From contig JBMONN010000022.1 of NCBI GenBank assembly GCA_049323935.1, positions 29,890 through 93,889 of the forward strand: a stretch of 64,000 bases of DNA. The letters are read 5' to 3'. The position numbers and the translations under genes are program-made. Below, piece after piece: positions 63,585 through 64,000 of this stretch. Source of the stretch: Thermodesulfobacteriota bacterium. Lineage in GTDB: Bacteria > Desulfobacterota > Desulfobulbia > Desulfobulbales > SURF-16. How positions within the stretch are numbered: position 1 is the stretch's first letter; every line of letters begins with the position of its first letter. Below the pieces are notes generated by a model. That model saw only the letters and a list, made by a program, of their open reading frames with translations, was not told where the DNA came from and made no database searches.

Positions 63585-64000
63585 GTGCCGACAAGTTCCA
63601 GGGCGGCACTGATAATGGCCGGGGTGTCGATTTTGACGTTGTGACGCAAAATCTCCTGGGGGCCGTGCTCGATGAAACGGTCCGGCACGCCGAGGACGCG
63701 CACGCTGATGGCGGTCATCGCTCTCTTGGCAAAGAGTTCGAGCACGGCGCTGCCGAAACCGCCTTTTCTGGCATTGTCCTCCACCGTGACCACCTTGCCG
63801 GTCTTTGCCGCCCAGAAGCAGATCAGCTCACTGTCCAGTGGATTGACGAAACGGGGATTGATCACCGCCGCGCCGACTCCGACCTTGGCCAGCCCGTCGG
63901 CCGCCACCAGGGCGGCAGAGACCCGGTTGCCCACCGGCAGCAGGAGGACGTCGTCGCCTTCCCGCAGCAGCTCGCCCTTGCCGAAGGGGATTTTCGTCGG
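63581..64000 (-). CDS. dxs: 1-deoxy-D-xylulose-5-phosphate synthase, 3' end (partial)
   Basis: PFGKGELLREGDDV, NPRFVNPLD, VTVEDN..GGFGSAVLE, LGVPDRFIEHG. Confidence 0.9.
   Translation of the reverse strand, partial: PTKIPFGKGELLREGDDVLLLPVGNRVSAALVAADGLAKVGVGAAVINPRFVNPLDSELICFWAAKTGKVVTVEDNARKGGFGSAVLELFAKRAMTAISVRVLGVPDRFIEHGPQEILRHNVKIDTPAIISAALELVGT

Overview
GC-rich 64 kb chromosomal window. Gene content (hcp, IspH-UbiA fusion, PEP-synthase-like paralogues, Sec recoding) suggests a Desulfobacterota anaerobe, probably Desulfobulbales-like; this is inference. Left to right: hcp 5' end under an FNR-type box, tlpA-like gene and tpx, antiporter, CDF transporter, PR-1-like CAP protein, exported beta-carbonic anhydrase. 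Then a ~16 kb locus: HAMP kinase, NtrC-type activator, a sigma54 promoter with three palindromic enhancers, TauE, TIGR02186, three dikinase-like proteins lacking the pyruvate barrel, a stand-alone receiver, two USP-like proteins and a PPP phosphatase. Then an 8-gene ars operon whose last gene is a selenoprotein missed by the ORF track (in-frame UGA plus SECIS). The rest is housekeeping: valS, dgt-like, second exported carbonic anhydrase, ABC-F, ppsR, PA2779/PA2778 pair, cooC-lactonase pair, namZ, manC, bpt, ispH-ubiA, ftsY, aminotransferase, DUF3524 glycosyltransferase, glgB, glgP, pal, skp, ampG-like and the dxs 3' end. Intergenic DNA carries about ten copies of a ~130 bp palindromic element with 9-bp-unit arms around an IHF-like core, plus two other MITE/REP-like families. 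No transposase, tRNA, rRNA or CRISPR array was seen. All calls come from motif recognition by eye; no database search was run.
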